The notes: generated by a model from the sequence alone, not told the origin. Shown: positions 27,656 to 38,739, numbered from the stretch's first letter. The stretch is 64,000 nt of DNA from an uncultured Verrucomicrobiota bacterium (GCA_964486075.1 CAZALU010000006.1:55-64054), one strand, 5' to 3'. Translations and numbers: made by a program.

Positions 27656-27839
27656 TATTGGAGGCACTATAGATGTTCAGGTAATTAACTTCCGAGGATC
27701 AAGGAACCCACCCCTCGCCCCTCCAGGGAGGGGATAAGATATTGCAAACCAAGCAGTGCCCCTCCTTGGAGGGGATAGGGGTGGGTTCCTTTAGAACTTC
27801 GTCTCGCATTGTTACGTTATTTATCTGAAACACTATAGC
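27656..27839 (+). repeat. 175-bp structured repeat element, copy B
   Basis: see copy A at 10558-10741. Confidence 0.7.
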
Positions 27840-27860
27840 CGCGATCTGGCTGCTGACGGA

Positions 27861-29123
27861 TCAGCTCCGCCGCTGTTCCACCCCGGGCCGCTTCCCGTAA
27901 CGGATGTGCACCGGTAAACCGTCCTTGAGAATCGAGAGGCGGGCGGCCTCCACGACCAGCTCGTTGATGGAGCTGTTGGCGGGCGTGGCGATCAGGCCCT
28001 GTTTGTCCACTTCCGCGATGAGTTCCTGGCGTCGCCGCAGGGCGCGCGGTCCCTTGAGGGCAACGGTCTCCGCTTCAATACGGATCATGGCGTTCAGTAT
28101 GGCCCACACCGAATCCACGCCATAGCCGATGGGCTTGAACCCAGCACCTTCCCAGGGCACGAGCTGAAAGAAATCCGGGTTGATGTAATTGTATTGCGAG
28201 CCGGCGCACCCGATCCCATCCGGGTAGCAGTGAATCACGCCCCGGAACTGGTCGTCATGCTGGATCAGCCCGGTCTTGCCCTGCCCTTCGCAGAACATCG
28301 CAAGGCATTGTTCGTTGCTCCCGGCCCCGGCGTCGGGATAGCCCAAGCCGTTGATCACGGAAAGGATGGCACCGTTCTCGAAACGGACCCGGCCGTTGGC
28401 CCAGAGGTAGCCCTCGTTGCCGTTGGGGAATTTACCTTTAACCCCGGCCACGGAAAGCTCGATCGGCTTCAGGCCGGTGATGAAATACACCAGATCCACG
28501 TAATGGCAACCGATGTACACGAACGGATCGGTCTTATCGGTCGTAAACCAGTTCTGAAAATTAGACGAGCGGTAATAGTAGGGTTCGACCAGCTTGGCCT
28601 CGCCCATGACGAACTCCCCGAAATGGCCTAGGCGATAGTGCCGTCGGGCGATCAGCGAGCGGCGGTCGAACCGCTTGTGGTATTCCACGCCCACGAACAG
28701 CCCTCGCTCGGCGGCGAGCTTCTCCACCTCAACCGCCTGCGCGTATTTCAGCACCAGCGGCTTGACGCAGAGAATATGCTGGTCGCGCCGCAGGGCCTCC
28801 ATGAGCACCGGGTAGTGGAACTGGTCCGGCATGGCCACGACCACGGCCTGGCGGGGCCGCATGCCGGCGATGACTTTCTTGTACAGCTCCGGAAAATTCC
28901 GGGACGGCAACTCCGAGAAGGCGGGGTGCGGCGCAAAAGTCTGCCCGGGGAAGGACCGGACAAGGTCCGGCGATTCCTTGAGCGTCTTTAGGGGCGGGGT
29001 GTTCAGAGCGCAGATATCAATTTTACCGACTGCGCCCGTGCGTTGGAGTTGGTAAATCGATGGCAACAGGAGGTCATGCGTGATCATGCCGCCGCCGACA
29101 ATGGTAACATCCAATGGTTTCAT
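27861..29123 (-). CDS. Gfo/Idh/MocA-family NAD(P)-dependent oxidoreductase
   Basis: Rossmann LDVTIVGGGMI, family-typical length. Confidence 0.7.
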   Translation of the reverse strand: MKPLDVTIVGGGMITHDLLLPSIYQLQRTGAVGKIDICALNTPPLKTLKESPDLVRSFPGQTFAPHPAFSELPSRNFPELYKKVIAGMRPRQAVVVAMPDQFHYPVLMEALRRDQHILCVKPLVLKYAQAVEVEKLAAERGLFVGVEYHKRFDRRSLIARRHYRLGHFGEFVMGEAKLVEPYYYRSSNFQNWFTTDKTDPFVYIGCHYVDLVYFITGLKPIELSVAGVKGKFPNGNEGYLWANGRVRFENGAILSVINGLGYPDAGAGSNEQCLAMFCEGQGKTGLIQHDDQFRGVIHCYPDGIGCAGSQYNYINPDFFQLVPWEGAGFKPIGYGVDSVWAILNAMIRIEAETVALKGPRALRRRQELIAEVDKQGLIATPANSSINELVVEAARLSILKDGLPVHIRYGKRPGVEQRRS

Positions 29124-29371
29124 ATTCTCCACATATCGCATTTGTAGATTTCCGTTTTTTTTGTCATGGCGTTCCTCTTATTTGTTTAGGGTTGTTATTG
29201 TTTGACCCTGAATATTGCACGATCATCGTGCAATATTCAGGTCTTAAAACAGGCATATTTCGATGACGGGGAAGACGGCGTTAGCGCCGTCCGTAGGTTT
29301 GTTCAGCGGAATCAATTGCATCGCTTCTGCCCCATTACCCGGACCGCAAAAATTACTTAACTACTCAGGTT

Positions 29372-29445
29372 GTCATCCTGAGCGTAGCGAAGGATCTCAT
29401 GTTGGTTGGCAGACAGATGAGATTTCTCGCTACGCTCGAAATGAC
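29372..29445. repeat. palindromic element GTCATCCTGAGCGTAGCGAAGGATCTCAT...ATGAGATTTCTCGCTACGCTCGAAATGAC ('CHPERSEGS'-type)
   Basis: about 29-bp imperfect inverted repeat with 16-nt spacer; lies downstream of cbpM. Confidence 0.6.
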
Positions 29446-29682
29446 AATCTTTGCTTATCCGGGTTTTTTCAGGCAACCTCCCCAGTAACACGGGATGCCG
29501 AATTTGACATAACAGATTAATATATAACGTGTTTCTTTCTTTGCACCGCCGGCCGCCGGCGGTGGTTTCGCTGAGTAGTTACAAAATTACTGGGCTAGGA
29601 TTTTGAGTTTTACCGCGTCACTCCCACTGCGCCATACGGTCGGTGCGCAGAGCAGTTGTATAGACCGGCTCCTGCCGAAAGA

Positions 29683-30060
29683 TCAGTACGTCGGATCCGA
29701 TTCGGAGAGGCGCTGTTCCAAATCGGCAACGCGGTCGAGCAGATCGAGCACCAGCGGCAGGGACGCGAAATCAATGCCCAACCCAACATGAATCCGCAAC
29801 AGCTTGCGCACCTGGAAAATAGTTTCCACCGGGAAAAATAGTTCCACGCCCGGTCCAGCGGGAACAATCATATCCCACTCCAGCAACTGTTCAATCACTT
29901 CCGGAGTGGTCCCGGCCAGATAGGCCAGCTCAGAGAAGGTCAGCAGGGGCCGCTCTTCCGGCGCTTGCTCCAGCGGACTTTCCATATAATCACGGGTGGA
30001 CGGATCAACAATCATGGCCTTTTTATCCTTGGCATGTACCGTCCTTCGGTCGGGCTGCAA
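29683..30060 (-). CDS. cbpM: chaperone-modulator CbpM (MerR-like)
   Basis: LTFSELAYLAGTTPEVIEQLLEWDMI...; downstream of cbpA; start uncertain. Confidence 0.65.
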   Translation of the reverse strand: MQPDRRTVHAKDKKAMIVDPSTRDYMESPLEQAPEERPLLTFSELAYLAGTTPEVIEQLLEWDMIVPAGPGVELFFPVETIFQVRKLLRIHVGLGIDFASLPLVLDLLDRVADLEQRLSESDPTY

Positions 30061-30090
30061 CCGACTTCGATAAAATCGGTCTTCTTTTCA

Positions 30091-30437
30091 AGGCCCGCGA
30101 TCAACGATCGCGGCTACAACACAATTTCCCTATTAGATTGAATCATGTCGTGCCAGCGCTTTTCTTGCTTTTTCCGAGGCCCGCGATCAACGATCGCGGC
30201 TACAACATAATTTCCCTGTTAGATTCAATCATGTCGTGCCAGCGCTTTTCTTGCTTTTTCCGAGGCCCGCGATCAACGATCGCGGCTACAACACAATTTC
30301 CCTATTAGATTCAATCATGTCGTGCCAGCGCTTTTCTTACTTTTTCCGAGGCCCGCGATCAACGATCGCGGCTACAACACAATTTCCCTATTAGATTCAA
30401 TCATGTCGTGCCAGCGCTTTTCTTACTTTTTCCGAGG
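30091..30437. repeat. tandem repeat, 4 copies of an 86-bp unit each carrying hairpin CCGCGATCAACGATCGCGG
   Basis: units at 30091, 30177, 30263, 30349 differ by 1-3 SNPs; entire unit repeated (not CRISPR). Confidence 0.85.
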
Positions 30438-31406
30438 ATCGAACGTAGAGACGCGCCCCAGCTCCTCGAACAACTGCTTCTCCTTTTCGTTAATATGGCG
30501 GGGAACGGCGATCTGAACAACTGCCATCAAATCTCCGGTCGGCCCGCGCGATCCGCCAGGCATGCCTTTGCCCCGCAAACGAAAACGCTGACCAGCCTGC
30601 GTGCCGGCCGGCAGGGTCAGGGCAGCCTTGCCCTGCATGGTTTCCACGGGCACCTTGGCACCCAAGGCAGCTTCCCAGGGCGCTACCGGAACCGAAACCT
30701 CAAGTTCCCGGCCATTCAGTCGGAACAACGGATGCGGCTTGATATTAACCCGTAAATACAAGTCGCCGGCCGGACCGCCACCCCGGCTCGGCCCGCCCTG
30801 CCCCGCCAGCCTGATCCGTTCTCCATCGAGAGTGCCCGGCGGTATCCTGACCTTGTAACTCCGCGAGCGCCGCTGGACCCGGTTATTCGGCCCCAGTTCC
30901 GCCGATTGCAGAGTGATGGTTTTATGCGCGCCGTGGAAGGAGTCCGTCAGATCGATCGTGACCGCGGCCTCATGATCTTCGCCGCGCGGGGTCCAGGTAT
31001 GGGCACCGCCGGCGGCGCCGGGACCGGCGCCGTGAAACTGCGCACCCCCGAAAAGCGTTTCAAAGAAATCGCTGAATCCGCCCAGGTCTTCCGGACGGAA
31101 CCCGCCCGTGGATTCCGGGCGGCCTTGAAATCCATGACGCATATTTTCCCAGCCAGGTGGCGGGCGAAACTCCTGGCCGTTGCGGTAATCGGCACCCAGC
31201 TGATCATAACGCTTGCGTTTCTCAGGATCGCTAAGCACTTCATAAGCCTCGCCAACATCCTTAAACTTATTCTCGGCGTTCGCGTTCTTATTGATATCCG
31301 GATGAAACTGGCGGGCGAGCTTCCGGTAGGACTTGCGGATATCGTCCGCAGTAGCCGTCCGGGGCACCTTCAGCACCTCGTAATAATCTTTGAATTGCAC
31401 GGACAT
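30423..31406 (-). CDS. cbpA: curved-DNA-binding DnaJ homolog CbpA
   Basis: J-domain DYYEVLKV...HPD; Gly-rich linker; two C-terminal DnaJ domains, no zinc finger; stop codon lies inside last repeat unit. Confidence 0.85.
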   Translation of the reverse strand: MSVQFKDYYEVLKVPRTATADDIRKSYRKLARQFHPDINKNANAENKFKDVGEAYEVLSDPEKRKRYDQLGADYRNGQEFRPPPGWENMRHGFQGRPESTGGFRPEDLGGFSDFFETLFGGAQFHGAGPGAAGGAHTWTPRGEDHEAAVTIDLTDSFHGAHKTITLQSAELGPNNRVQRRSRSYKVRIPPGTLDGERIRLAGQGGPSRGGGPAGDLYLRVNIKPHPLFRLNGRELEVSVPVAPWEAALGAKVPVETMQGKAALTLPAGTQAGQRFRLRGKGMPGGSRGPTGDLMAVVQIAVPRHINEKEKQLFEELGRVSTFDPRKK

Positions 31407-31416
31407 GATCTTATAC

Positions 31417-33129
31417 TCAAATCGCCGGACCCAGATTCGCCATACTGCTAAGTTGGAGATTTCCGGTTTTCCCGGATAGCGGACGGACCGGCTCCTCGGC
31501 GTTTTCGGCATAATAAATGGCGGTCAACTCCTGCAAAGCCGTTTCGCATGCGTCTGAAATAGCGCCCGCATGCGTCAGCAGTTCATGATCGATCAGCGTC
31601 CGTAGAAACAATATTCTCCAACGCCAACAGGCCCGTGCACGCGCCGGCAGCTTGGCATCAGCTTCGCGCATCAAGGCATACGCCTTGGCAATGCCTTCGG
31701 GCTTGGCGATGACGATTCGCGAATTTTCCGGGCTGTTTTGCATGCGGCGCAGCAGTGTTTCCTCTAGCAGACGAATAGCTTCAGTAACCGGCTCGACAAC
31801 CTCCGGAGAGAATTCGTAGGCGATATATTCGCGGACCACGTCTTCCGCAGAACCGTCGCCGCTCCAGAATAATTGCGTGCAAATAACCTTATTGATGTCC
31901 TCGTAGATTCCTTCGGAATATGGGGCCCCGCCGGCCATGACGGATTCCACCTGGCGCCAGTATTGTTGCAGGCGCGCGGGCAGCGGATTGGCGCCATATC
32001 CCCCCCAGGGATGGCTGCCAAACATGCTGATTTCCGGAAAGCAGACCATTTGCAAACCGCCGGGCGCACCGTGCTTGAGCGGAAACTCGGGAAATTCCCC
32101 AAGATACCCGTCAGCCAGCATATAATCCACCCAGTCCGGGCGTTCACGGAAGGCCTCGCTCAGCCCGGCCCATTCACCCTGCGTAAAATAATCGAGATTC
32201 CAGGTACTGAGAACTATTTTAACGCCGGGGAAACACCTGCGCGCCAGCCGGGCAACCGGCTCCGCAACCTTCAGGTAGCCGTTGGCGGCCCAGGGCTTGC
32301 AAAGAGAACAGGTGCAACCGCCCTGGTCATACGGCCACAAGGCCACATAATCCAGGCGAATATCAGCAAAGGCCGCGAAGACCTCCGCCCGCCATTTCAG
32401 CAGCAATTCCATGGCGCCCGGCTTGTTCGGGCACAGCTCCACATGGTAGTGATAAAGATCACGCGTGTACCCATCGTGTCCTGCCGTCCAGTCCGCTTTC
32501 ATCGCAACCGGGCTCGGGGTAAAGGCTTCGTTTCCAAGAACGATCAGCAAGGCGCCCAGCCCCACCCCATTGGCCGCCTTGAGCACACGGTGGAGCCGCC
32601 CGACCATCTCCTGGGCCGCCGGATCGTCCATCCCGGTGTAATGATGCATATCGAACCAAACGCCAACACAGTTATAGCCCCAGAGTCCCAACTCCTCCAC
32701 GTAGCGCTCCAGCTTTTCAGGCGGGGCGTCATGATACCAGTTATGAAAATGCGTGGCAAAATATATGGCCCGGAACGGCTTGCGCGGGGCCAGGGTCCCG
32801 CGCCAGGTGCCCGGTTCCAATCCGCCTTCTGCATAGTGGCAGGTTCGCAGGAACTTGCCGGCCCCGTAAAGCACTCCGCGCTCGTCGCCGCCGACGATGC
32901 GGATATCCCCTTGCGCGCCGTCCTGGATCTTAAAAGTCTCCTGAGCGAGTTGCGCATCCGTTTCAAGAACAAGCGTCAGTTCGCCCGCCGCGGAGCGCTT
33001 GCCGGCCGCAATCGTTACCGTAAATTTTGCGCCGCAGCGCTCCCTCAGCTCGCGCTGCATTATCTCCGCCGTCCTGCGAAGCGTTGGCGCCGGATTGACC
33101 GGCAATTGAATCAGCATGTTTTTGATCAT
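31417..33129 (-). CDS. putative glycoside-hydrolase-like protein (TIM-barrel; GH20/GH115-like N-domain)
   Basis: weak family resemblance only ([21 protein letters not shown]). Confidence 0.4.
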   Translation of the reverse strand: MIKNMLIQLPVNPAPTLRRTAEIMQRELRERCGAKFTVTIAAGKRSAAGELTLVLETDAQLAQETFKIQDGAQGDIRIVGGDERGVLYGAGKFLRTCHYAEGGLEPGTWRGTLAPRKPFRAIYFATHFHNWYHDAPPEKLERYVEELGLWGYNCVGVWFDMHHYTGMDDPAAQEMVGRLHRVLKAANGVGLGALLIVLGNEAFTPSPVAMKADWTAGHDGYTRDLYHYHVELCPNKPGAMELLLKWRAEVFAAFADIRLDYVALWPYDQGGCTCSLCKPWAANGYLKVAEPVARLARRCFPGVKIVLSTWNLDYFTQGEWAGLSEAFRERPDWVDYMLADGYLGEFPEFPLKHGAPGGLQMVCFPEISMFGSHPWGGYGANPLPARLQQYWRQVESVMAGGAPYSEGIYEDINKVICTQLFWSGDGSAEDVVREYIAYEFSPEVVEPVTEAIRLLEETLLRRMQNSPENSRIVIAKPEGIAKAYALMREADAKLPARARACWRWRILFLRTLIDHELLTHAGAISDACETALQELTAIYYAENAEEPVRPLSGKTGNLQLSSMANLGPAI

Positions 33130-33269
33130 AATTCTACATTTGCTTCTTTCTTGAGTCTGAATGCTATAACTTAAAATAAAAATGTCAATTGTCTTTCATC
33201 GAATAGCTCCAGTTGATATTTGCGCACAGGCCAACAGCGTGCTATGGTAGTGCATTCGTGGAACATAAA

Positions 33270-34490
33270 ATGATTGGCATTCATCCATTTAAAGCCCTGC
33301 GTCCGCTCCGGCGACTGGTAGACCGGGTATCCTGTGTGCCCTATGATACCGTGGACCGGGCGGAGGCAGCGGCGCTGGCCCAGCACAACCCGAGCAGTTT
33401 TTTGCGAGTATCGCGTTCCGAAATCGAGCTCCCGACATCGGTCAATCCTTACAGCGCCGAAGTATACACCAGGGCTGTGGCCAATTTTAAACACTTGCTC
33501 AAGCAGGGGGTGTTCGTGCAAGAATCAGCGCCATGCCTGTATCTCTATCGCCTGCGCCGTGGCGCACATACCCAGGCGGGAATCGTGGCCTGCTGTCATG
33601 CGGACGATTACGAGCAGGACATCATCAAGAAGCACGAAAAGACACGGCAGGACAAGGAAAACGACCGGACGCGGCACATGGCAGCGATCAGCGCCCACGG
33701 CGGTCTGGTATTTCTGACCTATCGCGATCAGACCGATATTGACGCCCAGGCGCGCGCGATCGAAGCGACTCGCCCGCTCTATGATTTCACCGCGCCGGAC
33801 GGAGTCATTCACACGATCTGGCGCATCCGGAAAACGAGATGCCTGGTTAAAATGTTCGAAGAAATCCCGGTCTGCTACATTGCCGACGGTCATCATCGAG
33901 CCGCCAGCGCAGCGCGCGTGGCCCGGGAACAACGCGCCGCCAACCCCGGGCATGACGGCACGGAAGAATACAACTGGTTTCCTGTCGTTCTGTTCCCCGC
34001 CAGCCAGCTTGAAATCCTGCCCTACAACCGCTGCGTGCGGGATTTGAACGGCAGAACGGCACCCGAATTCCTGGCCGCTGTGCGCGCACGGTGTCCGCTA
34101 ACCTCCCCCGGCCGACCGGCGCCCGCTGGGCCAGGCTACGCCAGCCTGTATTGCGCCGGGCAATGGCATGATTTAGCCCTGCCTCCGGCGGCGGAGGCGG
34201 ACCCGGTTGCCACCCTGGATGTCAGCCTGCTGCAATCTCGCGTCCTGGCGCCGCTGCTGGGGATTACCGATCCCAGGACGGACAAGCGCATAGATTTCAT
34301 CGGGGGGATTCGAGGAACGCAGGAACTCGAACAGAGAGTAAATTCCGGGAGAGACGCGGTCGCGTTCTCCATGCATCCGGTCACAGTCCGGCACCTGATG
34401 GCCATCGCCGACGCCGGCCAGATCATGCCTCCCAAAAGCACCTGGTTCGAGCCAAAAGTCAGGTCCGGCCTACTGATCCACACCTTCTGA
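33270..34490 (+). CDS. DUF1015-family protein
   Basis: MIGIHPFKALRP... start typical of DUF1015. Confidence 0.6.
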   Translation: MIGIHPFKALRPLRRLVDRVSCVPYDTVDRAEAAALAQHNPSSFLRVSRSEIELPTSVNPYSAEVYTRAVANFKHLLKQGVFVQESAPCLYLYRLRRGAHTQAGIVACCHADDYEQDIIKKHEKTRQDKENDRTRHMAAISAHGGLVFLTYRDQTDIDAQARAIEATRPLYDFTAPDGVIHTIWRIRKTRCLVKMFEEIPVCYIADGHHRAASAARVAREQRAANPGHDGTEEYNWFPVVLFPASQLEILPYNRCVRDLNGRTAPEFLAAVRARCPLTSPGRPAPAGPGYASLYCAGQWHDLALPPAAEADPVATLDVSLLQSRVLAPLLGITDPRTDKRIDFIGGIRGTQELEQRVNSGRDAVAFSMHPVTVRHLMAIADAGQIMPPKSTWFEPKVRSGLLIHTF

Positions 34491-34492
34491 TG

Positions 34493-35068
34493 CTACTCGT
34501 GATCCTGCCATTCCGAGCGCGGGGGCTGGCGTGGCGCGGTTGCTTCATCAATAACCACGATATCCGTGACATTAATTTTGACATCCGCGATATCCGCTAT
34601 GCCCAGGCTTTCGCGCATGCTGTCGCGGACCCTCTGCTGCAGGGCCTGAGACAACTGCTGGATTTGGGTGCCGGTTTTCACCGTCATATCCAAGCGGACT
34701 TCAATCGCACCCCGGCGCGAGGCCGATACATCGGCGTGCAGCTTTACGATGCCGGCGAATTCGCTTTTCAGTTTCAGCAGGAAAGTGTTGATGGCATTGA
34801 CGCCGATGCTGATCGTGCCGCCATCGCCGGCGAAAGATAGGAATTGCTCGTGCCGGCCGATCGGCAAGGCCGACAACCAGAACAAGATCGACAGCGTGAT
34901 CAAACTCACGCCGAGCGCAAGCTGCCAGGCAAGGCTGTTTTCAAGAACGGGCCGAAAAATATGCCAACAGGAATTTGGAAGCCCGGTAACATTCGCCACC
35001 AGCACCCAGCCCAAGGCCAGTATCGCCAGCGACATCGCGAATCCGATCAAACCATGCACAATTTTCAC
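34493..35068 (-). CDS. membrane-anchored Asp23/Gls24-related protein (AmaP-like)
   Basis: N-terminal TM helices + Asp23-like soluble region; adjacent to Asp23 gene. Confidence 0.45.
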   Translation of the reverse strand: MKIVHGLIGFAMSLAILALGWVLVANVTGLPNSCWHIFRPVLENSLAWQLALGVSLITLSILFWLSALPIGRHEQFLSFAGDGGTISIGVNAINTFLLKLKSEFAGIVKLHADVSASRRGAIEVRLDMTVKTGTQIQQLSQALQQRVRDSMRESLGIADIADVKINVTDIVVIDEATAPRQPPRSEWQDHE

Positions 35069-35529
35069 GGCTTTGCTCCTTCCTCGTCGGTTGACGGCTT
35101 AGTATCTACCAGACTCCGTATGCCCCTGACAACAACATTCACAGCCTTGACCTTGTTGCCCGTCATCTCCTCGATGGCGCGGTAGACTTCGTTCTGAATG
35201 CGCCAGGCAACCCGCGGAATGCGGACCCCATATTCAACGATGATATTCAATTCCAAGCTGACGCAACGTCCTTCCAGCTCCACCTTGATCCCGCGATCAT
35301 CGGCTTTGCTGATCATGCTGGCCAGACCGTCGGCAAACGATCCGCTCATATCAGCGACGCCCGGCACTTTCAGAGCTGCCTGACGGGCAATGGCGGCAAT
35401 CACATCGCGATGCACTGTAATGGCCCCAAGATCTGAGCCCGTGTTCTCCCGGTCATCTATTGCTTCCGTCTCCGGTTTGTCCGTCCGTTTACGAAATTCC
35501 GCCGTCTCAGGTTGTTTGTGCTCGTCCAT
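35065..35529 (-). CDS. Asp23/Gls24-family alkaline shock protein
   Basis: [22 protein letters not shown]... Confidence 0.7.
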   Translation of the reverse strand: MDEHKQPETAEFRKRTDKPETEAIDDRENTGSDLGAITVHRDVIAAIARQAALKVPGVADMSGSFADGLASMISKADDRGIKVELEGRCVSLELNIIVEYGVRIPRVAWRIQNEVYRAIEEMTGNKVKAVNVVVRGIRSLVDTKPSTDEEGAKP

Positions 35530-36934
35530 CGCCAGCCCTCCATGGATTAAAACTCGACATGGCCATTAAGCCCATACCATCTTTCATAAAATTATCCAAA
35601 AATGTCGTGTTGTACTGTCCGCGCCGGAACAACGAATCGTGCATCAGTGCCAAGCCCAGCGGAATGGTCGTCTTGGGTCCCTCGATCAGGCATTCCCCCA
35701 AGGCCCGTGACATGCGCTTAATTGCTTCCTCGCGGCTATTGCCGCGCACAATTATTTTCGCGATCATGCTGTCGTAATACGGCAGAATATCATAACCGCT
35801 GTAAACCGCCGAGTCCACGCGCACACCGATCCCGCCCGGAAAATGCAACCATTCGAGGCGGCCCGGCGACGGCGCAAAATTATTACCGGGGTCTTCCGCG
35901 TTGACCCGCCATTCAATGACATGCCCGCTGGGCTGGATATTTTTCTGCTCATAAGCCAGGCGCTCGCCGGCCGCGATCCGGATCTGTTCCTTGACAAGAT
36001 CCACCCCCGTGGCCATCTCGGTAATGGGATGCTCGACCTGGATCCGCGTGTTCATTTCCATAAAATAAAAATTGCCCTTTGAGTCCAACAGGAACTCAAT
36101 AGTCCCAGCATTGCGATAGCCTATGCACTCAGCGGCCTTGACGGCCATCCGGCCCATGCGCTTGCGCTGATCCTGAGTCAGCACGGGACAGGGTGTTTCT
36201 TCCAGTAGCTTCTGGTGACGGCGCTGGATACTGCAGTCCCTTTCACCGAGATGGATCACGTTCCCAAAATGATCCGCCAAGATCTGCATTTCCACGTGCC
36301 GGGCATTGTCCACAAATTTTTCGAGATAAACATCGCCCCGGCTAAACGCGCGCTCCGCTTCGGCGCGAGCCATGTTGAATCCCTGGATCAGGCTGACGTC
36401 GTTATGGGCAACGCGCATACCCTTCCCGCCCCCGCCAGCCACCGCTTTGATCAGCACCGGGTAGCCGGCAACGCGGGCAATCTCGAGCGCTTGATCCTGG
36501 GTCTGCACGATGGACTGACTGCCGGGAATCGTCGGTAGTCCGCACTTGCGCATGGTTTCCCGGGCCACGGCCTTGTCGCCCATCTTCTTGATATTGTCTG
36601 CGGTCGGCCCGATGAACTTGATATTACAACTCTCACAAATCTGCACAAAATGCGCGTTTTCGGAAAGAAATCCGTAGCCGGGGTGAATAGCGTCCACATC
36701 CGCCACCTCGGCGGCGCTGATGATGTTGGCTATCTTCAGATAGCTCTCGGAGGCCGCCGCCGGCCCGATGCAAATCGCCTCGTCTGCCAGTTGGACGTGC
36801 AGCGAACGCTCATCCGCCTCGGAATAGACCGCGACCGACTTGATCCCCATTTCGCGACAGGCCCGAATAACCCGCAGGGCTATTTCCCCTCGATTAGCAA
36901 TTAGAATACTGTTAAACATGAGATCCTTCGTCAT
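35507..36934 (-). CDS. accC: acetyl-CoA carboxylase biotin carboxylase subunit
   Basis: [13 protein letters not shown]...; ATP-grasp blocks. Confidence 0.9.
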   Translation of the reverse strand: MTKDLMFNSILIANRGEIALRVIRACREMGIKSVAVYSEADERSLHVQLADEAICIGPAAASESYLKIANIISAAEVADVDAIHPGYGFLSENAHFVQICESCNIKFIGPTADNIKKMGDKAVARETMRKCGLPTIPGSQSIVQTQDQALEIARVAGYPVLIKAVAGGGGKGMRVAHNDVSLIQGFNMARAEAERAFSRGDVYLEKFVDNARHVEMQILADHFGNVIHLGERDCSIQRRHQKLLEETPCPVLTQDQRKRMGRMAVKAAECIGYRNAGTIEFLLDSKGNFYFMEMNTRIQVEHPITEMATGVDLVKEQIRIAAGERLAYEQKNIQPSGHVIEWRVNAEDPGNNFAPSPGRLEWLHFPGGIGVRVDSAVYSGYDILPYYDSMIAKIIVRGNSREEAIKRMSRALGECLIEGPKTTIPLGLALMHDSLFRRGQYNTTFLDNFMKDGMGLMAMSSFNPWRAGDGRAQTT

Positions 36935-36992
36935 GCTCGGGATGAAAGATCATACGGCTTGCCGGTTGAGCAGGCGGCATGCCGTCAAATAA

Positions 36993-37445
36993 TTATAATT
37001 TTTCGATCTTGAACAAGGGCTGGCCGAATTGAACGGAATGCGCGTTTTCCACCAGGATCTCCCGGACGACCCCGCGTATTTCGCACTTGATTTCATTCAT
37101 AACCTTCATGGCCTCGACTATACACAAGACCGCTTCCAAACCGACTTCCTGGCCGACCTTGACGTAGGGTTCGGCATCCGGAGCGGGAGCGCGGTAAAAT
37201 GTTCCCACGAACGGGGCCTTGATCGTCACGAAGCGAGGATCATCCACCGGTGGGAGCGCCGTCAGCGCCGGCGCAGCAACGGTCGGTACCGGCGGCAAGG
37301 GCGCCGGGGCTTGAGCCAGCACGGGAGCGGGCGCGCCCCGTTTAATCGAGAGGCGCATACCGTTTTCCTCTTTTTCAAACTCGGTCAAACCATGCTCAGC
37401 CATTAAATCTATAATTTCCTTGATATCGTCAAGCTTCATATTCAC
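36993..37445 (-). CDS. accB: biotin carboxyl carrier protein
   Basis: EAMKVMNEI biotinyl-lysine motif; Pro/Ala linker. Confidence 0.85.
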   Translation of the reverse strand: MNMKLDDIKEIIDLMAEHGLTEFEKEENGMRLSIKRGAPAPVLAQAPAPLPPVPTVAAPALTALPPVDDPRFVTIKAPFVGTFYRAPAPDAEPYVKVGQEVGLEAVLCIVEAMKVMNEIKCEIRGVVREILVENAHSVQFGQPLFKIEKL

Positions 37446-37906
37446 CTCTTGCGTTGTTTCCCGACTTGGTCGGACGAAAGCATTTCCAACAAACCAATCA
37501 GCGCCAGTTTGTAACTCAAGGCGCCAAACCCCATTACCTGGCCCCGGCAGGCGGCGGCGGTCAGACTTATCCGCCGAAACTCCTCCCGAGCCGCTACATT
37601 CGACAGATGCACCTCCACGCAGGGGGTTGGCACCGACTGCAGCGCATCCCGCAGCGCCACGCTGGTATGCGTGTAGCCCCCCGGGTTAAAAATAATCCCA
37701 TCATATACCCCGGCGGCAGCAAGAATTTTTTTAACCAACTCACCCTCCACGTCGCTTTGAAAGGCATCCATCCGTGCGCCCAGCGCAACGGCCTGCTCCT
37801 GAAGTCGGCGGATGATGACGACCAGCGTCTCAACGCCATAAAGGCCCGGCTCTCTCCAGCCCAAGCGTCCCAAATTCGGGCCGTTCAATAACAACACTTT
37901 TTTCAT
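37442..37906 (-). CDS. aroQ: 3-dehydroquinate dehydratase type II
   Basis: LLLNGPNLGRLG...GIIFNPGGYTHTSVALRDA. Confidence 0.85.
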   Translation of the reverse strand: MKKVLLLNGPNLGRLGWREPGLYGVETLVVIIRRLQEQAVALGARMDAFQSDVEGELVKKILAAAGVYDGIIFNPGGYTHTSVALRDALQSVPTPCVEVHLSNVAAREEFRRISLTAAACRGQVMGFGALSYKLALIGLLEMLSSDQVGKQRKR

Positions 37907-38739
37907 GCCGGGGAATTATGGCTTTTTCCAGACGGATTGCCAAGCACAATTACATCCCGGCTATCGAATTCGAGGACCCGCCGATCCTCGAGGCCCACTT
38001 TGACCCGCTGGGTCAAGACGCGGACTTCCAGCACCTTGCCCGGCCCGGCCGGGCTGTCCACCCTGGCCCCCAGCCTGGGCAACTCCCGCCCCATATCGCG
38101 ATAGCAGTTATGTTCGAAGCGCAAACAGCACTTCAGCCGCCCACACATGCCGTTGATCGCTGAGGGGTTCAGCGATAAGCCCTGGGATTTAGCCATGCGA
38201 ATATGGATATCTTCGAAATCCTCGATCCAGACCGAACAGCACAGTTGGCGGCCGCAGGGCGCCAACCCGCCCAGGATGGCCGCCGCGGCGCGCACCCCGA
38301 TCTGGCGCATCTCGATCCTGGCATGCGTTTCCCCCGCCAGGTCCGCCACCAGTCGGCGAAAATCGACCCGATCCTCCGCCGTAAAAACAATCATCAGCCG
38401 GGAACGATCGAATGAATAACGAACCCGCAACAGGCGCATTGACAAGCGGTACTGCGCGACTTTTTCATGGCACAAACGCAGGGCAGTTTTGGAAAACAAC
38501 ACATTTTCACTGGCGCGCGCCTGGTCCTGCAATGTGGCCCGTCGCAAAACCGTCGGAAAGGACTTCACGGCCTCGTCGGGATCCGCCACCACCTCAACAA
38601 GCGTAACAACATGCCCGAATTCCGGGATACCGTCCAGCTCCACAACGCAAGCGTCGACTTCCTTGATCGCCAAGTCCCCCGGGCCGTAGCATTTCACGAG
38701 ATGCGTGTCGCCACAACTGACATGAATCCATCGATACAT
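37903..38739 (-). CDS. PSP1 C-terminal domain protein (YaaT/RicT-like)
   Basis: Cys-rich CGRQLCCSVW...CGRLKCCLRFE; start at MYRWIHV with GGAGCC RBS. Confidence 0.65.
   Translation of the reverse strand: MYRWIHVSCGDTHLVKCYGPGDLAIKEVDACVVELDGIPEFGHVVTLVEVVADPDEAVKSFPTVLRRATLQDQARASENVLFSKTALRLCHEKVAQYRLSMRLLRVRYSFDRSRLMIVFTAEDRVDFRRLVADLAGETHARIEMRQIGVRAAAAILGGLAPCGRQLCCSVWIEDFEDIHIRMAKSQGLSLNPSAINGMCGRLKCCLRFEHNCYRDMGRELPRLGARVDSPAGPGKVLEVRVLTQRVKVGLEDRRVLEFDSRDVIVLGNPSGKSHNSPA

Noticed and set aside
30091-30437. Possible CRISPR array (regular repeats with hairpin CCGCGATCAACGATCGCGG)
   Set aside because: The entire 86-bp unit, including the would-be spacer, is repeated almost identically. 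There are no unique spacers and no cas genes in the window. It is a tandem duplication, not CRISPR.
31873-33174. 433-aa + strand ORF, and similar large antisense ORFs at 55493-57550 and 42579-43250
   Set aside because: They lie antisense to confidently identified genes (GH-like protein, valS, antiporter) and their translations have shadow-ORF composition.
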